The notes: generated by a model not told the origin, from the sequence alone. A stretch of DNA of 64,000 nt from Cyanobacteria bacterium auto_48_18 (GCA_036170915.1 JAVHQC010000018.1:1-64000); one strand, 5' to 3'. Positions 27,474 through 39,176 are shown, counted from the first letter of the stretch. Translations and numbers: made by a program.

Positions 27474-29889
27474 CAAATTCTGGCTTATCGACGCCGAATT
27501 CATGAGCGTATCTACGGCAATCGATTTGCATGTCTCGGAATTTAGACTTAGCATGTGCTCCGGCAACTGCTAATTTCGCAACGCGATCAATTACATCAAT
27601 GGCAAGAGTGAAACGATCGACTTGATTGTTTATCGCCAACTCTAGCGGAGTATTGATGTTGCCACGCTCTTTGTAGCCGCGCACATGAAGATTGTGCTGG
27701 TTTTTACGACGATAGGCCAGACGATGGATCAGCCATGGATAACCGTGAAAATTGAAGACTATCGGTTTGTCCAGAGTGAAGAGGCTGTCGAAATCTCGAT
27801 CGCTCATGCCATGAGGATGCTCAGATTCTGGTTGCAGCCGGAGCAAGTCCACCACATTGACAAAGCGAATCTTTAAATCAGGAAACTCCTGGCGCAACAA
27901 AGCGTTGGCAGCCAGTGCTTCTTGAGTAGCCATGTCGCCAGCACACGCCAGCACCACATCTGGTTCGCAGCCCTCGTCGCTACTGGCCCACGGCCAGATA
28001 CCAATTCCTTTCGTGCAGTGTTTTATGGCAAAGTCCATATCCATGAACTGCAGATGCCGCTGTTTGTCAGACACGATCACGTTGATATAATCCTGGCTTC
28101 GCAAACAGTGATCGGCGCATGACAGAAGCGAGTTGGCATCTGGTGGCAAATAGACCCGAACAACATCAGGACTCTTGTTCACCACCAGATCTAAAAATCC
28201 CGGATCCTGGTGGGTAAATCCATTATGATCTTGTCGCCAAACTGTAGATGTGATCAACAAGTTAAGCGAAGCAACGCTTGCTCGCCACTGAAGCTTCCTG
28301 GATATTTCCAGCCACTTAGCGTGCTGGTTAAACATCGAATCAATAACATGCACAAAGGCTTCATAAGTAGAAAAGAATCCGTTGCGCCCGGTCAAAAGGT
28401 AAGCTTCTAACCATCCTTCTAGAGTGTGTTCACTGAGCATTTCCATAACACGGCCGTCTCTTGCCAGTTCACCACCGTCTTCATCCTCAGGAAAATATGC
28501 GGCGTTCCAGAATTTTTTGCTGAATTCATAGACCGCATCGAGCTTATTAGATGTATTCTCGTCGGGACCGAAGACTCTGAAATTATTCGGATTGGTCTTC
28601 ATAATGTCACGAAGGAAAGCACCCAGTGGTCGAGTATTTTCGGCCTCAGTATTGCCGGGCTTTGGCACATTGACTGCGTAATGCTTGAAGTCAGGCATTT
28701 TCAATGCCTTATGAATTGTGCCACCATTGGCGTGCGGATTGGCGCTCATCCTGCGAGCTCCTCGAGGCGCCAGCTCTTTTAGTTCCGGCAAAAGCGTGCC
28801 ATTCTCGTCGAAGAGCTCTTGTGGTTCGTAGCTTCGCAACCATGCTTCCAACTGCTTGAGATGCTCTGGATTTTCTCGTACGCCAGCAAGCGGCACCTGG
28901 TGCGCTCGCCAGGAGCCCTCGACCATGTGCCCATCAACTTCTTTCGGACCAGTCCAACCTTTCAGACTGCGAAATACAATCATCGGCCACCGCGGGCGGT
29001 TCACAACTCCAGAAGCTCTTGCTTCTTTTTGAACTGCACGAATTTCTTTGACACAGGTCTCCAGTGTGGCGGCCATTGCCTGGTGCATGCTGTCAGGATC
29101 GCTTCCCTCTACAAAGTAGGGAGTGTAGCCATAGCCAGAAAAAAGATTCTCTAGTTCATCGCGATCGACGCGGGCCAAAATAGTAGGGTTGTTGATTTTG
29201 TAACCGTTAAGCTGAAGGATGGGAAGCACGGCTCCATCACGTATGGGATTGATGAATTTATTGGAATGCCAGGCAGTGGCAAGTGGTCCAGTTTCAGCTT
29301 CACCGTCACCTACAACCACCGCTGTAATCAAGTCAGGATTATCAAAAACAGAACCATAAGCATGGGAGAGGCTATAACCGAGTTCACCACCTTCATGAAT
29401 TGAGCCAGGTGTCTCTGGTGTGCAATGGCTGCCGATGCCGCCAGGAAAAGAAAATTGTTTAAAGAAGGCACCAAGCCCTCCCTCATCTTCACTCTTATCT
29501 GGATAAACTTCTGAATACGTACCTTCTAAATAGACTGGTGCAAGCACACCTGGAGCCCCGTGACCTGGACCAGCCATAAAGATCATGTCGAGGTCGTACT
29601 TCTTAATCAGACGATTCAAATGTACGTAGACAAAGCTTAATGCGGGGCTCGTGCCCCAATGACCGAGTAGTCGTCTTTTAATATGATCAACTATCAAAGG
29701 CTCTTTCAGCAGTGGATTAGACTGCAGATAAATCATGCCTGCAGCCAAATAACAGCAGGCTCTCCAGTAGGCGTGTGTCTTACGCAGCTCTTCTGAGCCC
29801 AAAGGTTCACCAGATACCGTGGATCTGGCCACGCCATATGCGCTTATAGACTTTGTGTCAGAAGAAAGACTCTTCGTCGTAATCGCCAT
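27448..29889 (-). CDS. xfp: Phosphoketolase
   Basis: [43 protein letters not shown]. Confidence 0.96.
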   Translation of the reverse strand: MAITTKSLSSDTKSISAYGVARSTVSGEPLGSEELRKTHAYWRACCYLAAGMIYLQSNPLLKEPLIVDHIKRRLLGHWGTSPALSFVYVHLNRLIKKYDLDMIFMAGPGHGAPGVLAPVYLEGTYSEVYPDKSEDEGGLGAFFKQFSFPGGIGSHCTPETPGSIHEGGELGYSLSHAYGSVFDNPDLITAVVVGDGEAETGPLATAWHSNKFINPIRDGAVLPILQLNGYKINNPTILARVDRDELENLFSGYGYTPYFVEGSDPDSMHQAMAATLETCVKEIRAVQKEARASGVVNRPRWPMIVFRSLKGWTGPKEVDGHMVEGSWRAHQVPLAGVRENPEHLKQLEAWLRSYEPQELFDENGTLLPELKELAPRGARRMSANPHANGGTIHKALKMPDFKHYAVNVPKPGNTEAENTRPLGAFLRDIMKTNPNNFRVFGPDENTSNKLDAVYEFSKKFWNAAYFPEDEDGGELARDGRVMEMLSEHTLEGWLEAYLLTGRNGFFSTYEAFVHVIDSMFNQHAKWLEISRKLQWRASVASLNLLITSTVWRQDHNGFTHQDPGFLDLVVNKSPDVVRVYLPPDANSLLSCADHCLRSQDYINVIVSDKQRHLQFMDMDFAIKHCTKGIGIWPWASSDEGCEPDVVLACAGDMATQEALAANALLRQEFPDLKIRFVNVVDLLRLQPESEHPHGMSDRDFDSLFTLDKPIVFNFHGYPWLIHRLAYRRKNQHNLHVRGYKERGNINTPLELAINNQVDRFTLAIDVIDRVAKLAVAGAHAKSKFRDMQIDCRRYAHEFGVDKPEFANWKWTEK

Positions 29890-30157
29890 TTAAACACTCC
29901 TTCAATGTGACTTACTCAAGCCGAACTTTGCCAGGGACACGAAGCTTTATGCTGTAATTTACTATTTTGCCGACTGCTTACCCTCCGTCCAAAGGATGGT
30001 TCTACGACGAGATGCTGAAAGCCATGATTCTTCAAAAGGCGGAGCCGTTTGCTCATACATACAAATAAGCCTAAAGGACGATCTCCAACGGCTAGAACGG
30101 AAGTTACAATCAGATCAAATTTATAGTTAACTACGAACTTCTTGAGACTTGGGAAAA

Positions 30158-30937
30158 ATGAAAACCCACCGGCCTGCCTTTCTGGTAACACTGGCGTTAC
30201 TGTTGGCATCGTTGGCACCAGCTGACGCCACGACTTTAACTGGAGGCGTTAGCCATTCGGAGTCTTTGCCGCCTCTTAGAAATAACCGTTTGTCGATTCC
30301 TTTGCGAGGAAAAGTCGATTATGCGCCAGCGCAATCACCGACTTCACAGAGAGCCATACTTTGGCTTCCCGTGCCTGCTTGGTTGGCAGGCAAGTGGGTC
30401 AAGCAGGGCGATCTAACGGTCAGCTATACCGACGTAAGAACCGGTATCAGCACACCCACAAGGCAGTGGACACAAAATTTTCAAACAACAACCTGGGGCA
30501 ATCAGTTAGATGGGCAGGGTAATATTTGGCATGGCTACTCAATTCCTACAGAGATTGACGGCATCTCCAAAGGAAAAACTGTCAGGTTCATTATGGTGAA
30601 TGGACAACGAGAGCAGTCGTCGAGTGACCATATGGTGACCAGAGTACATTCGGTCGTCATCGAAAATCTAGACGGCCAGCTAGTTGATACCTTTCAGCAA
30701 GAAACTCTCAACGATCTGTTTTTGTTGCCGTCAGGCGAATTGGAAAATCACGGGTCAACAAGAGATTTTACAAGCGAAGGACAGCCTGTCAGAGAAGGCA
30801 TGCTGGTTTCGCACTTTTCAAAAGTACGCAATTTTGAGCTAGTGGAGACGCAAAATGGTGTGGACCTTCTCAAGTCATTAAATGACTATTTACGAGCTAA
30901 CAACATGAGTCAACTGGTTCGCACTGTTGCCCCTTAG
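30158..30937 (+). CDS. Secreted hypothetical protein
   Basis: Signal peptide (ALLLASLAPADA); long ORF. Confidence 0.65.
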   Translation: MKTHRPAFLVTLALLLASLAPADATTLTGGVSHSESLPPLRNNRLSIPLRGKVDYAPAQSPTSQRAILWLPVPAWLAGKWVKQGDLTVSYTDVRTGISTPTRQWTQNFQTTTWGNQLDGQGNIWHGYSIPTEIDGISKGKTVRFIMVNGQREQSSSDHMVTRVHSVVIENLDGQLVDTFQQETLNDLFLLPSGELENHGSTRDFTSEGQPVREGMLVSHFSKVRNFELVETQNGVDLLKSLNDYLRANNMSQLVRTVAP

Positions 30938-32015
30938 TAGCACCGGTAGCCAGGGTGGGAAAAGAGTGGGAGAAAGCAAACATGTCACCACCGGTGGTGA
31001 GCGTGACAGGTACCGCCAGATATTGAGAAAGAGCTCTATAGTCGGCCAGATATCCGCATCTCAAAAGTTTAAAATTTGCCCTGGTCGCCTCTTCGCTGTT
31101 AGCAACATAGCCGGCCGATTGCAGTCGCAAATAAAGCTGGTGAAATTCGTCATCACCTATTTCTTCACACTCAGAGAGCGTAAGTTTAAACAGCGAGACA
31201 AACTCTTTCATGAGCTTGCAGCCGATCTGGTATGTCCGCCTGGCTGAAAAGCAATCCCTTTCGGGATCGGCGCTTACCATCAGTGCGATTGAATCAAGAA
31301 CGGCACCTAGAGCGGTGAGCCAAGAAGTGAACGGATCGTTAGACCGAAAGTATGACAGGATCGGAAAAGCTAGATGAGTTTCGAGCACATCGGCGCACCA
31401 ATGATGGCATTCATCAAAAAATGCCGGGAGAAATTCAGTACCCTTCATTCTCGAATAGGTTTCGAGAAGTGCCACACCAGAGGGCGGAGATCCGGCTGCA
31501 CTAGATATCAATGAAACCAGCACCTCTCTTCGTTGAATCGAGCTGACAAGCGTAAACATAAGGGACACCATAGAAGCAGTCAGGATCATGCCGAAAAAGG
31601 CACCAGCCACCATAAGAAACCGGACGCCTTGGGTCTGTGGTAGGTACTCAGAACTGCCCAGTGTCAGTACTGCCGACCCGGTAAAGTAAATAGCAGTGTG
31701 CAGCGAGTCTAATGGTGGCGAATACTCTGAAGCAAGAGAAAAAGAGATCAGTCCAATGCCAGCAATGAGACTATAGGTCCAGGCGGCAAGCACTGTGAGT
31801 ATAGCGGTAGGCGGAAAAAGCCCCAATATTTCAGCTTTCCAGATAGGCGATTTGACTTTCGAAGCGATATAGAAAAATGGCGCCCACAAAATTGTGCGCA
31901 CAAGAAATGGTGCGATGGAAAAGCGCATACTCATACCGCGTGGCACAGCACTATGAAACACATCGCGCAGAAGCAGAAGAATCATTGCTAAGCCCAGCAG
32001 AAACAAAATATTCAT
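30897..32015 (-). CDS. Ion channel-like (Ion_trans_2) membrane protein
   Basis: TM-pore-TM pattern AIYFTGSAVLTLGS; RREVLV..AGSPPSG; SYFRS...SWLTALGAVLD. Confidence 0.7.
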   Translation of the reverse strand: MNILFLLGLAMILLLLRDVFHSAVPRGMSMRFSIAPFLVRTILWAPFFYIASKVKSPIWKAEILGLFPPTAILTVLAAWTYSLIAGIGLISFSLASEYSPPLDSLHTAIYFTGSAVLTLGSSEYLPQTQGVRFLMVAGAFFGMILTASMVSLMFTLVSSIQRREVLVSLISSAAGSPPSGVALLETYSRMKGTEFLPAFFDECHHWCADVLETHLAFPILSYFRSNDPFTSWLTALGAVLDSIALMVSADPERDCFSARRTYQIGCKLMKEFVSLFKLTLSECEEIGDDEFHQLYLRLQSAGYVANSEEATRANFKLLRCGYLADYRALSQYLAVPVTLTTGGDMFAFSHSFPTLATGATKGQQCEPVDSCC

Positions 32016-32018
32016 TGT

Positions 32019-32807
32019 CTAACCCAAGGCTTTAACGTGTATGTCAAATCTGTCTTTCAGCTCAGCAATCTTTTCATGTTCACCGCGTTCCTGGCGCTTC
32101 CTCAAATAATCTCGCATGGCTCTCGATATACTCGGATGCTGTCGGCCTACTTGATATTGCATTCTAAAGATGCCGTCCTCAACTTCATTCAACACCTCAT
32201 CCTCGTTCTTTGAACTGCAGATGTTGTATATCAAATTTGCTCGAATGTAATCTGGATGCTGAGAACCGAGGCAGCTTTCAAGCAAATCCATTGCAGAAAA
32301 TATGAGCTCTTTAGCTTCCTTGAGCTTTCCCTGCGTAACGTACAAAGCGGCAAGATCGCTTAAGGTATAGGCCAGAGGAACAGAACACTCAGTCCCAAGT
32401 TGTAGCAGAATTCCTTTAGCTGTCTCTAGCTGCTCTTCAGCTCCTTTTTGATCGCCTGATTCGATAAGAACTTCAGCAGAGAAACGTAGTGCAACTGCAG
32501 TCAGTTCTCTCAGGGCCGGGTCACCGCTTCCAGACAACGCATTAATTGCAGTCTGTAACTGATCTCGAGCTTGATCTATTTTTCCAGTGGCAATGTAGAC
32601 AGCACCGAGTCCGACATGACATGTGTTTATTGCAAATATAGATTCTTTGAGATTCTTCGCTTGCTCCAGCGCTCGATATAAAAGAGATTCGCACTGTCGA
32701 AACTCACCGATTTCATAAGCTCCTTTCGCAGCAGCAAAGCGCGACTTCCAGAACTTTGTATCGCTATCAGTTGACGCAATGGCGTCAGTCAGTTTGTGCA
32801 TTGTCAT
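32019..32807 (-). CDS. TPR protein
   Basis: LAYTLSDLAALYVTQGKLKEA, LGSQHPD. Confidence 0.75.
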   Translation of the reverse strand: MTMHKLTDAIASTDSDTKFWKSRFAAAKGAYEIGEFRQCESLLYRALEQAKNLKESIFAINTCHVGLGAVYIATGKIDQARDQLQTAINALSGSGDPALRELTAVALRFSAEVLIESGDQKGAEEQLETAKGILLQLGTECSVPLAYTLSDLAALYVTQGKLKEAKELIFSAMDLLESCLGSQHPDYIRANLIYNICSSKNEDEVLNEVEDGIFRMQYQVGRQHPSISRAMRDYLRKRQERGEHEKIAELKDRFDIHVKALG

Positions 32808-32987
32808 AAAGTCCTCGCAAATGTTTTGTTTTGGTTTGCCGGCACATTACACTCATCAGTGAGTTTTACAAAGGGATAGACCGGCGCGCATCAGTCTAGA
32901 GGTTGAATGAAAAACAGCATTTAGAATGATTGTTAGAATAATTCTTAGAACGATTGTGTCGCACACTGCCAATTGCTTTTCTCATCA

Positions 32988-33974
32988 TCACATCAAAACG
33001 TATTCCTTATCGACGACCGCCGGTGGTAGCCCCTCTTCGCCCAACATTTCAAGCAGGTCGATTTCTATTTGGCGACAGATTGCTGTCATCGGAACGTCAT
33101 TAATGCCGTATTCAAATGGATTCTCGCTAGTGTCGCCAGCCTGCTCCATAGAAGTAAAGATCCAGGCGATGGTCGCCGAGAGCGGAATTACCATCCAGGT
33201 GTAATCGCTGCTCAATCTTGCAAATTCAGGTAGCAAGCCGAAAGGCAAAAGTACAATAAACAAGTAAACGAACATTTCGCTCAGACAAGCATATTGTCGT
33301 GGAAACGGAAAGTTTTTAATGCGTTCCGCCTTACCTTGTTGCTCTATGAGCGAAGTGCAAAGTCTGATTAAATCAGAAGCTTCGAACGCATCTATTGAGT
33401 TTTGTCGCTTTAGGTCAGCTATAGAAGCAATTTGCAGGCGCATAATCTCTCCTGCAGCATTTCCAGCATTTAAAAAGCGCCGACGTTCATCTGAATTTTC
33501 ACATGCAGAAAGCGCCTCGTGAAGATCTTGCTCAAAATCGCGACCGATGCAGACACGTTTGCTCCATTGAAGGTATTGCGTGTTCTCCCACACAGCGTGC
33601 TTGCGCAGCTGGGTTCGCAGAACGTTTACAAATAGTATTTGCCTGCGCACAATAGCTGATATTTTTTCTCTCGATTGATTGTCATCTGCAAGGCTGATTA
33701 AATATGCAGCCAGAGAACGAGAGAGATTAGTAATTTCACCCCAAATTTTGCGTGCTTCCCAAAGGCGATCATAAGAAGAGTTGTTCTTAAATCCGACGCA
33801 CACAGCAACCGCTGTGCCCATGGTGGCAACCGGCGCATATGGTATACCAGCCCAATGCAGACCAAATTTGTCGTACATCAACCACGCAGTGGTGCTCAAG
33901 ATGGTGATGCCGAAAATGGTGCGCCAACCAAAGCGAATCATATTCTTCACATCTACATTTCTTCTTATATACAT
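32988..33974 (-). CDS. Bestrophin-family channel
   Basis: FKNNSSYDRLWEARKIWG, ERIKNFPFP, ENPFE...NDVPM. Confidence 0.9.
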   Translation of the reverse strand: MYIRRNVDVKNMIRFGWRTIFGITILSTTAWLMYDKFGLHWAGIPYAPVATMGTAVAVCVGFKNNSSYDRLWEARKIWGEITNLSRSLAAYLISLADDNQSREKISAIVRRQILFVNVLRTQLRKHAVWENTQYLQWSKRVCIGRDFEQDLHEALSACENSDERRRFLNAGNAAGEIMRLQIASIADLKRQNSIDAFEASDLIRLCTSLIEQQGKAERIKNFPFPRQYACLSEMFVYLFIVLLPFGLLPEFARLSSDYTWMVIPLSATIAWIFTSMEQAGDTSENPFEYGINDVPMTAICRQIEIDLLEMLGEEGLPPAVVDKEYVLM

Positions 33975-33993
33975 TCATCACTCCAGTTCGCGT

Positions 33994-35583
33994 TTACTCG
34001 CCTGCCGCCTGCAGCTCGCCCTCTACTTTCTTGAGCCAACAAGTCATAAAAATACCGATAAACATGACTACGGCCACGAATGCAAAGGCATCATTAAAGG
34101 CCATGACATACGCTTCCAGCCGAATCTTTTGCGACAGAAGCTGAAGTGCTTGTTGGTACGACGTCCATGTTGTGGCACCAGCATGGTGCAGGCCCTGTGC
34201 AGCTTGCAAAAGCCATTGCCGCACCACCGGCTCGGAGGCAGACACATGTTCGCCCAAGCGCGCTGAATGAAATTGCTCACGCTGGGTTACTAGCGTAGAC
34301 GCCAATGCTGTACCAATGGAACCACCAAGATTGCGCATCATATTGAACATGGCCGAGGCCGAACCTGTTTCTGCAGGGTCGAGCCCATGCATAGATATTG
34401 AAGACAAGGGCGTCAAAATAAATGGCTGGCCAATAGCGCGCATCAACATTGCAGCCATCAGTTGTTCACCAGCAAAATCATGACTCATGAAGACCGTCAT
34501 TGCGCAGCTCAAAGCGAAGCCCAGTAGTCCGAAGGCAATTATCCAGCGAGCATCAACTTTTTTCATCAATGGTGGCACCAATGGTATCAGTACCAACTGC
34601 GGCAGTCCTGACCAGATCATTATTTGACCAATTTGCCAGGCGCTGTATCCTTGCGTGGTGGCCAGGTAATAGGGCAGAAGGTACACAGTGGCATACAGCC
34701 CAAATCCAACGCCAACATTTATTAGTGTGCCGATGCAGAAATTACGATTGCCGAATGTGCGCAATTGAACCAGTGGATGCTTAGCAAGCAATTCGCGAAA
34801 GATAAACAGCGGAATACAAATAGCGGCTATCCATGCCGCATGCTGTATAACATCCGAGCCAAACCAATCTTTTCGCTGACCTTCTTCAAGCACGTAGATC
34901 AGACTGCTGAGTCCGGCGGCCATGGTAATAATGCCGAAGATATCAGCACGCTTAAGCAATTCATACTGCGGCTTTGTATCAGGTAGCGAAAATATCAGTG
35001 CCGCCGTAAAGACCATTCCAGGAATAAGGTTGATGAAGAAAATATATCGCCAGCCAAAAGTATCGGTGATGTAACCGCCAACGGCCGGACCAATTGATGG
35101 AGCAAAAGTCGCCGAAATAGCAAAGAGCGCTAAGCCGATCGATTGCTTTGATGGAGGCAGCCTTTGAAGCACGATGGCGAAGCTCATAGGAATCAACACC
35201 CCACCTGTAAATCCTTGCAATGCACGACTAACAATCATTGAGTTGAGATCATGAGCAAAACCGCAAAGCATTGAGAACAACACGAACAAAATGGCATTGG
35301 CGATGATGTAGCGCTTTGCTGAAAATGACTGAGCTAGCCAGCCAGTCAACGGAATGGTGACAATCTCGGCAATTAAATAAGAGGTCGAAATCCAGCTCCC
35401 CTCGTCAACGCTTGCCCCAAGTCCTCCTTGAATATCGCGTAAAGAAGATGAGGTGATTTGTATGTCGAGCACGGCCATGAAGGCACCAATTGACGATCCA
35501 ATCACGGCCAGCCAGTCTTTCAGCGTCACCTCAGGCTCGGCTGGCGACTTTGTATTCTCAGTTGTTCCAGCTTGTGCGTTCAT
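33994..35583 (-). CDS. emrB: DHA2 (EmrB/QacA) MFS transporter
   Basis: FMAVLDIQI, WISTSYLIAE, RALQG, GWRYIFFIN, RNLGGSIG. Confidence 0.88.
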   Translation of the reverse strand: MNAQAGTTENTKSPAEPEVTLKDWLAVIGSSIGAFMAVLDIQITSSSLRDIQGGLGASVDEGSWISTSYLIAEIVTIPLTGWLAQSFSAKRYIIANAILFVLFSMLCGFAHDLNSMIVSRALQGFTGGVLIPMSFAIVLQRLPPSKQSIGLALFAISATFAPSIGPAVGGYITDTFGWRYIFFINLIPGMVFTAALIFSLPDTKPQYELLKRADIFGIITMAAGLSSLIYVLEEGQRKDWFGSDVIQHAAWIAAICIPLFIFRELLAKHPLVQLRTFGNRNFCIGTLINVGVGFGLYATVYLLPYYLATTQGYSAWQIGQIMIWSGLPQLVLIPLVPPLMKKVDARWIIAFGLLGFALSCAMTVFMSHDFAGEQLMAAMLMRAIGQPFILTPLSSISMHGLDPAETGSASAMFNMMRNLGGSIGTALASTLVTQREQFHSARLGEHVSASEPVVRQWLLQAAQGLHHAGATTWTSYQQALQLLSQKIRLEAYVMAFNDAFAFVAVVMFIGIFMTCWLKKVEGELQAAGE

Positions 35584-36916
35584 GATTCTTTTCTGCCAAA
35601 CTATTTCGGTGTAGTGATTTGCCATTCAAGTCAACTGATGCCATCGCTGAAAGCCCTGGTACGAGCCTGTCCTCATAGCCTCTGATCGAAGTAGGATTGA
35701 AAACAATTTTCACAGGTAATCGTTGGACGATCTTAGTGAAATTGCCGGTGGCATTGTCGGATGGAAGGACAGCAAAGCTCGAACCAGAAGCAGGTGAAAA
35801 ACTGAGGATGTGCCCTTCAAATTTGTGCTCAGGAAGCGCATCAATTTTGATTTCTACTTTTTGGCCAATCTGCATTCGCTGCAACTGAGTTTCTTTAAAG
35901 TTAGCAACAACCCAAGGAGCGTCAGAAACGATTGTGACAAGGGGCTCACCAGGCTGCACGCGATGACCTTCCTCTACCGTCTTCTTGCCGATGCGCCCAG
36001 AGACTGGCGCCACTATGCGCGTATACGATAGATTCAATTTTGCTTCATCGACTGCTGCCTTCGCTTTAGACACGGCAGCAAGATCGGCGTCAACTTTGGC
36101 TAGATTTACTTTGACTTGCACGCCGCTCGCGTCAGCAAGTTGTTTTTGTGCCTGTGCTTGCGTGAATTGCGCGTTGCTTGTACCAACGGTTTGTTGCGCT
36201 TGCTGCAGCTTCTCTGTGGCTTGAGTGACAGCCTCTCGCGCGGCATTACGATTTTCAACCGCGACTAAATAATCTCGCTTGGCGCCGTCTCGTTGACTCA
36301 GAGTAATTGCGCCCTCAGTCGCTAGATATTCGAAGCGTTTCCAATCGGCCTGTGCGCGTTCTAAGTCGGCTTCTCTTGCTGTAGCTTCAGCCTGCTTCGC
36401 ATTTATATTTGCCTGCGCTTCGCGCACCTGAGCCTCGGCCCTAGCAATAGTCGCTAGCGCACTGGCGATGCTTCCTTCTGCGTTTGTAGCCTGCCCCAAT
36501 GCGTCTTGATCTTGATAGTGAACAGAAGATTGATCAACTTCGACCTGGCGTTCAGCTTGCTTGAGGTTGGCCAAGGCCTGTTCTACTTTTACTTGATAGT
36601 CGCCGGGATCAAGAGAAACAAGTACCTTACCTTTAGTGACATGCTCGTTATCATCAACCCAGATCTTTTCCACAGTGCCATCAACCCGCGTGCTGACTTG
36701 ATGTAGGTGGCCAGTTACGTAGGCATCATCGGTTTCTTCGTGAGATGAAGCATCTTGATACCAGTGATATGCACCGAATGCTACAGAGAGCAGCAACACT
36801 GTCGAAGCCGTAATGGTGATAATGCGCTTGCCAGATGGTCGCTTCCTGATTGGCTCTTGCTCGGTATCTGCATTGTCAGAGTCTGGCGTTATGCCATTTG
36901 AGTCGATGCTTTCCAT
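35558..36916 (-). CDS. emrA: HlyD/EmrA membrane fusion protein
   Basis: ETDDAYV, YTRIVAPVSG, ANFKETQL, NATGNFTKIVQRLPV. Confidence 0.88.
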   Translation of the reverse strand: MESIDSNGITPDSDNADTEQEPIRKRPSGKRIITITASTVLLLSVAFGAYHWYQDASSHEETDDAYVTGHLHQVSTRVDGTVEKIWVDDNEHVTKGKVLVSLDPGDYQVKVEQALANLKQAERQVEVDQSSVHYQDQDALGQATNAEGSIASALATIARAEAQVREAQANINAKQAEATAREADLERAQADWKRFEYLATEGAITLSQRDGAKRDYLVAVENRNAAREAVTQATEKLQQAQQTVGTSNAQFTQAQAQKQLADASGVQVKVNLAKVDADLAAVSKAKAAVDEAKLNLSYTRIVAPVSGRIGKKTVEEGHRVQPGEPLVTIVSDAPWVVANFKETQLQRMQIGQKVEIKIDALPEHKFEGHILSFSPASGSSFAVLPSDNATGNFTKIVQRLPVKIVFNPTSIRGYEDRLVPGLSAMASVDLNGKSLHRNSLAEKNHERTSWNN

Positions 36917-37074
36917 AATCCGTTCACCATAATGCGTTCACCGCTAATTAGCGATTTATCTGTTGGCAATTTACCGCACCAGTGAAACCGCGGTCCAATA
37001 TGGACTTCCAACCGAAATGATTTGAATTGGTTATGAATGCTAAAATTGAAGCGGCCGTTTAGGTTTGAGACGAC

Positions 37075-37938
37075 GTGGAACTTCGCCAACTTAAATATTT
37101 CATCAAAGCCGCAGAGTTGTCGCACTTTACGCGCGCAGCGGAAGCTCTCTATGTATCTCAACCTGCACTGTCAGCTCAGATTCGGCAGCTTGAGGAAGAT
37201 TTGGGAGTTGAATTGTTCGCCAGGGTCGGTCGCAATGTTCGATTGACGGAAGCCGGCGAAACTTTTCTCGTTCGCGCAAAAGAAGCTGTCGATGCAGTCG
37301 AGCAGGGCGAGCAGGAAGTTAGTGCTATTAAAGGTCTGCTGAGAGGAACACTACGTATCTGCGCCGTTCCTGCAGTAGGTGCCAAGCTGCTGCCGCCAAT
37401 AATAAATGTGTTTCAACAAACTTATCCAGACGTATACGTGCATCTTTCATCAAATACATCTGACCATGTAGAACGAGGAGTGGTTGATGGCAAATACTGC
37501 CTTGGACTGACGGTACTGCCGCTTGAGCATGACGAACTAAAATTCTCCGAATCTGTAACCGGGGAAGTCGTAGTTGTTATGAACAAAGATCATGCGTTGG
37601 CGAAACACAAGACTATTCGACCAGCAGATTTAAGTGGTGTGCCGGTGGTCATGGCCAGCCAGCAAATAATAATTTGGCAGGGAATGGCATATTTTGAAGA
37701 ACATAGTGTGCATCTTAAGATCGTGGCAGAATCTGAAGAGCTTGACACTGTCTTCAGTCTAGTGAGGCAAAACTCTTACGTATCGCTGGCGCCAAGCCCG
37801 CTAGTACCTGTTGATCTTCTGTGCATTCCCTTCAGTCCCGCTCCACCGCTGCTCAAGCTGGCTTTCGTGTGGTCAAGGCTAAGCCCAGCGGCGAGCCAGT
37901 TTTTGAAACTCGCACAGCAAATACCGAGCACTACCTAG
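37075..37938 (+). CDS. LysR-family regulator
   Basis: MELRQLKYF...FTRAAEALYVSQPALSAQIRQLE. Confidence 0.93.
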   Translation: MELRQLKYFIKAAELSHFTRAAEALYVSQPALSAQIRQLEEDLGVELFARVGRNVRLTEAGETFLVRAKEAVDAVEQGEQEVSAIKGLLRGTLRICAVPAVGAKLLPPIINVFQQTYPDVYVHLSSNTSDHVERGVVDGKYCLGLTVLPLEHDELKFSESVTGEVVVVMNKDHALAKHKTIRPADLSGVPVVMASQQIIIWQGMAYFEEHSVHLKIVAESEELDTVFSLVRQNSYVSLAPSPLVPVDLLCIPFSPAPPLLKLAFVWSRLSPAASQFLKLAQQIPSTT

Positions 37939-38121
37939 ATCATACGATCGAGATTTGATTTCACCGTTTTTTCAATAGCCTTTAGCGTGCGTGATCTGAT
38001 CGGAAACTCTTCAACAAAGTCGCCGAAGCGTTTTACGACAGCAGCAATACGATCAATTGAATGAACAGCAACCTTTTCCTTTAAAGCGTAAACTTTTACT
38101 GTTTATCCTCAAAATGCTTGA

Positions 38122-38147
38122 ATAACTAGTAATGTTTTACTAGTTAT
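38122..38147. promoter_or_regulatory. Perfect inverted repeat, probable operator
   Basis: ATAACTAGTAA-TGTT-TTACTAGTTAT. Confidence 0.55.
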
Positions 38148-38271
38148 CCTCACACCTGGCAACCTTGCGGTTATAAGCCTCCACTCTGGCACCTGCTCGT
38201 AACATGCTAAATTTATTGCTTCCCGATGTTCCCTGCGAACTTAGTAAATATCAAATGCAGTCTTTGGAGAA

Positions 38272-39132
38272 TTGAGAATGAAACTTTCGCAGAGCATCGC
38301 TATATTTCTATCAATGGCTGCTTTAGCCTTTGTGCCGCTAAACTCAGAGGCACAGCCGGTAAATCAGGCAAATAATTCCGGCATCAGCATGACAATTTAT
38401 CCGGTCGTGCGCCAGCCTGACGGCAATCAATATCTAATCACTCCTTCGGGTAAACAGGTGACCGTGCCGGGCCTGGTGATAGCACCGAATGCAACTCAGG
38501 TATCCGTCTACCACGATTTGGCTAACCGCTACTGGTACACCGCAATGAATGGTCAGCAAGTACCGGTTACTCCTGAGCAACTTGAAGCAGCGATAAGCCA
38601 GATTAATGCGCAATCAGGAGGCGGCGGTATGCCACCACAGATGATGCCACCAGCGCAGTCATTTTACAACTCCACGCCCGCCTATGCTGCTGGGTTTAAC
38701 GGAATTCCTTACGGCACGCCAATAAATATGGAAGGAGCCGGACAGTATAGTTACATGGCTCCGGGCGGCAATAAACAGTTTGTCACGCCAAGCCCTCAGA
38801 CCAGCATACAGTTGAACCAGTGGCACCAACAAGTTCCATACGGACAACAACCCTATGCTGGAGCTCCGCAAAGTGCTCAGCAAATGCAAAGCTCCGCATC
38901 ACAAAGCGGAGGGCAAAGCCGTATGGATATGAGACGAGAACACCGAGCGGAGCGCCTCGAAAATCGCTCGCAAAACCAGGCGAGCAATGCATCGAGCGAT
39001 CAACAATATGCCGACTCAAAAATGCAGGCCGGACAGACCCTCGGTACAGGCATGAGTGCTCGCCGCTCTGCTCGTGAAGAGCGGCGGTCGAAACGAGAAG
39101 AACGGCGCGCAGAAAATCTCCAGGGTAACTGA
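38272..39132 (+). CDS. Secreted P/Q-rich hypothetical protein
   Basis: Signal peptide, low-complexity body, R/E-rich C-terminus. Confidence 0.65.
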   Translation: MRMKLSQSIAIFLSMAALAFVPLNSEAQPVNQANNSGISMTIYPVVRQPDGNQYLITPSGKQVTVPGLVIAPNATQVSVYHDLANRYWYTAMNGQQVPVTPEQLEAAISQINAQSGGGGMPPQMMPPAQSFYNSTPAYAAGFNGIPYGTPINMEGAGQYSYMAPGGNKQFVTPSPQTSIQLNQWHQQVPYGQQPYAGAPQSAQQMQSSASQSGGQSRMDMRREHRAERLENRSQNQASNASSDQQYADSKMQAGQTLGTGMSARRSAREERRSKREERRAENLQGN

Positions 39133-39176
39133 GAAGCTGCAGTTGTAAACGTGGTAATTTGGGAATACAGTCTCAG

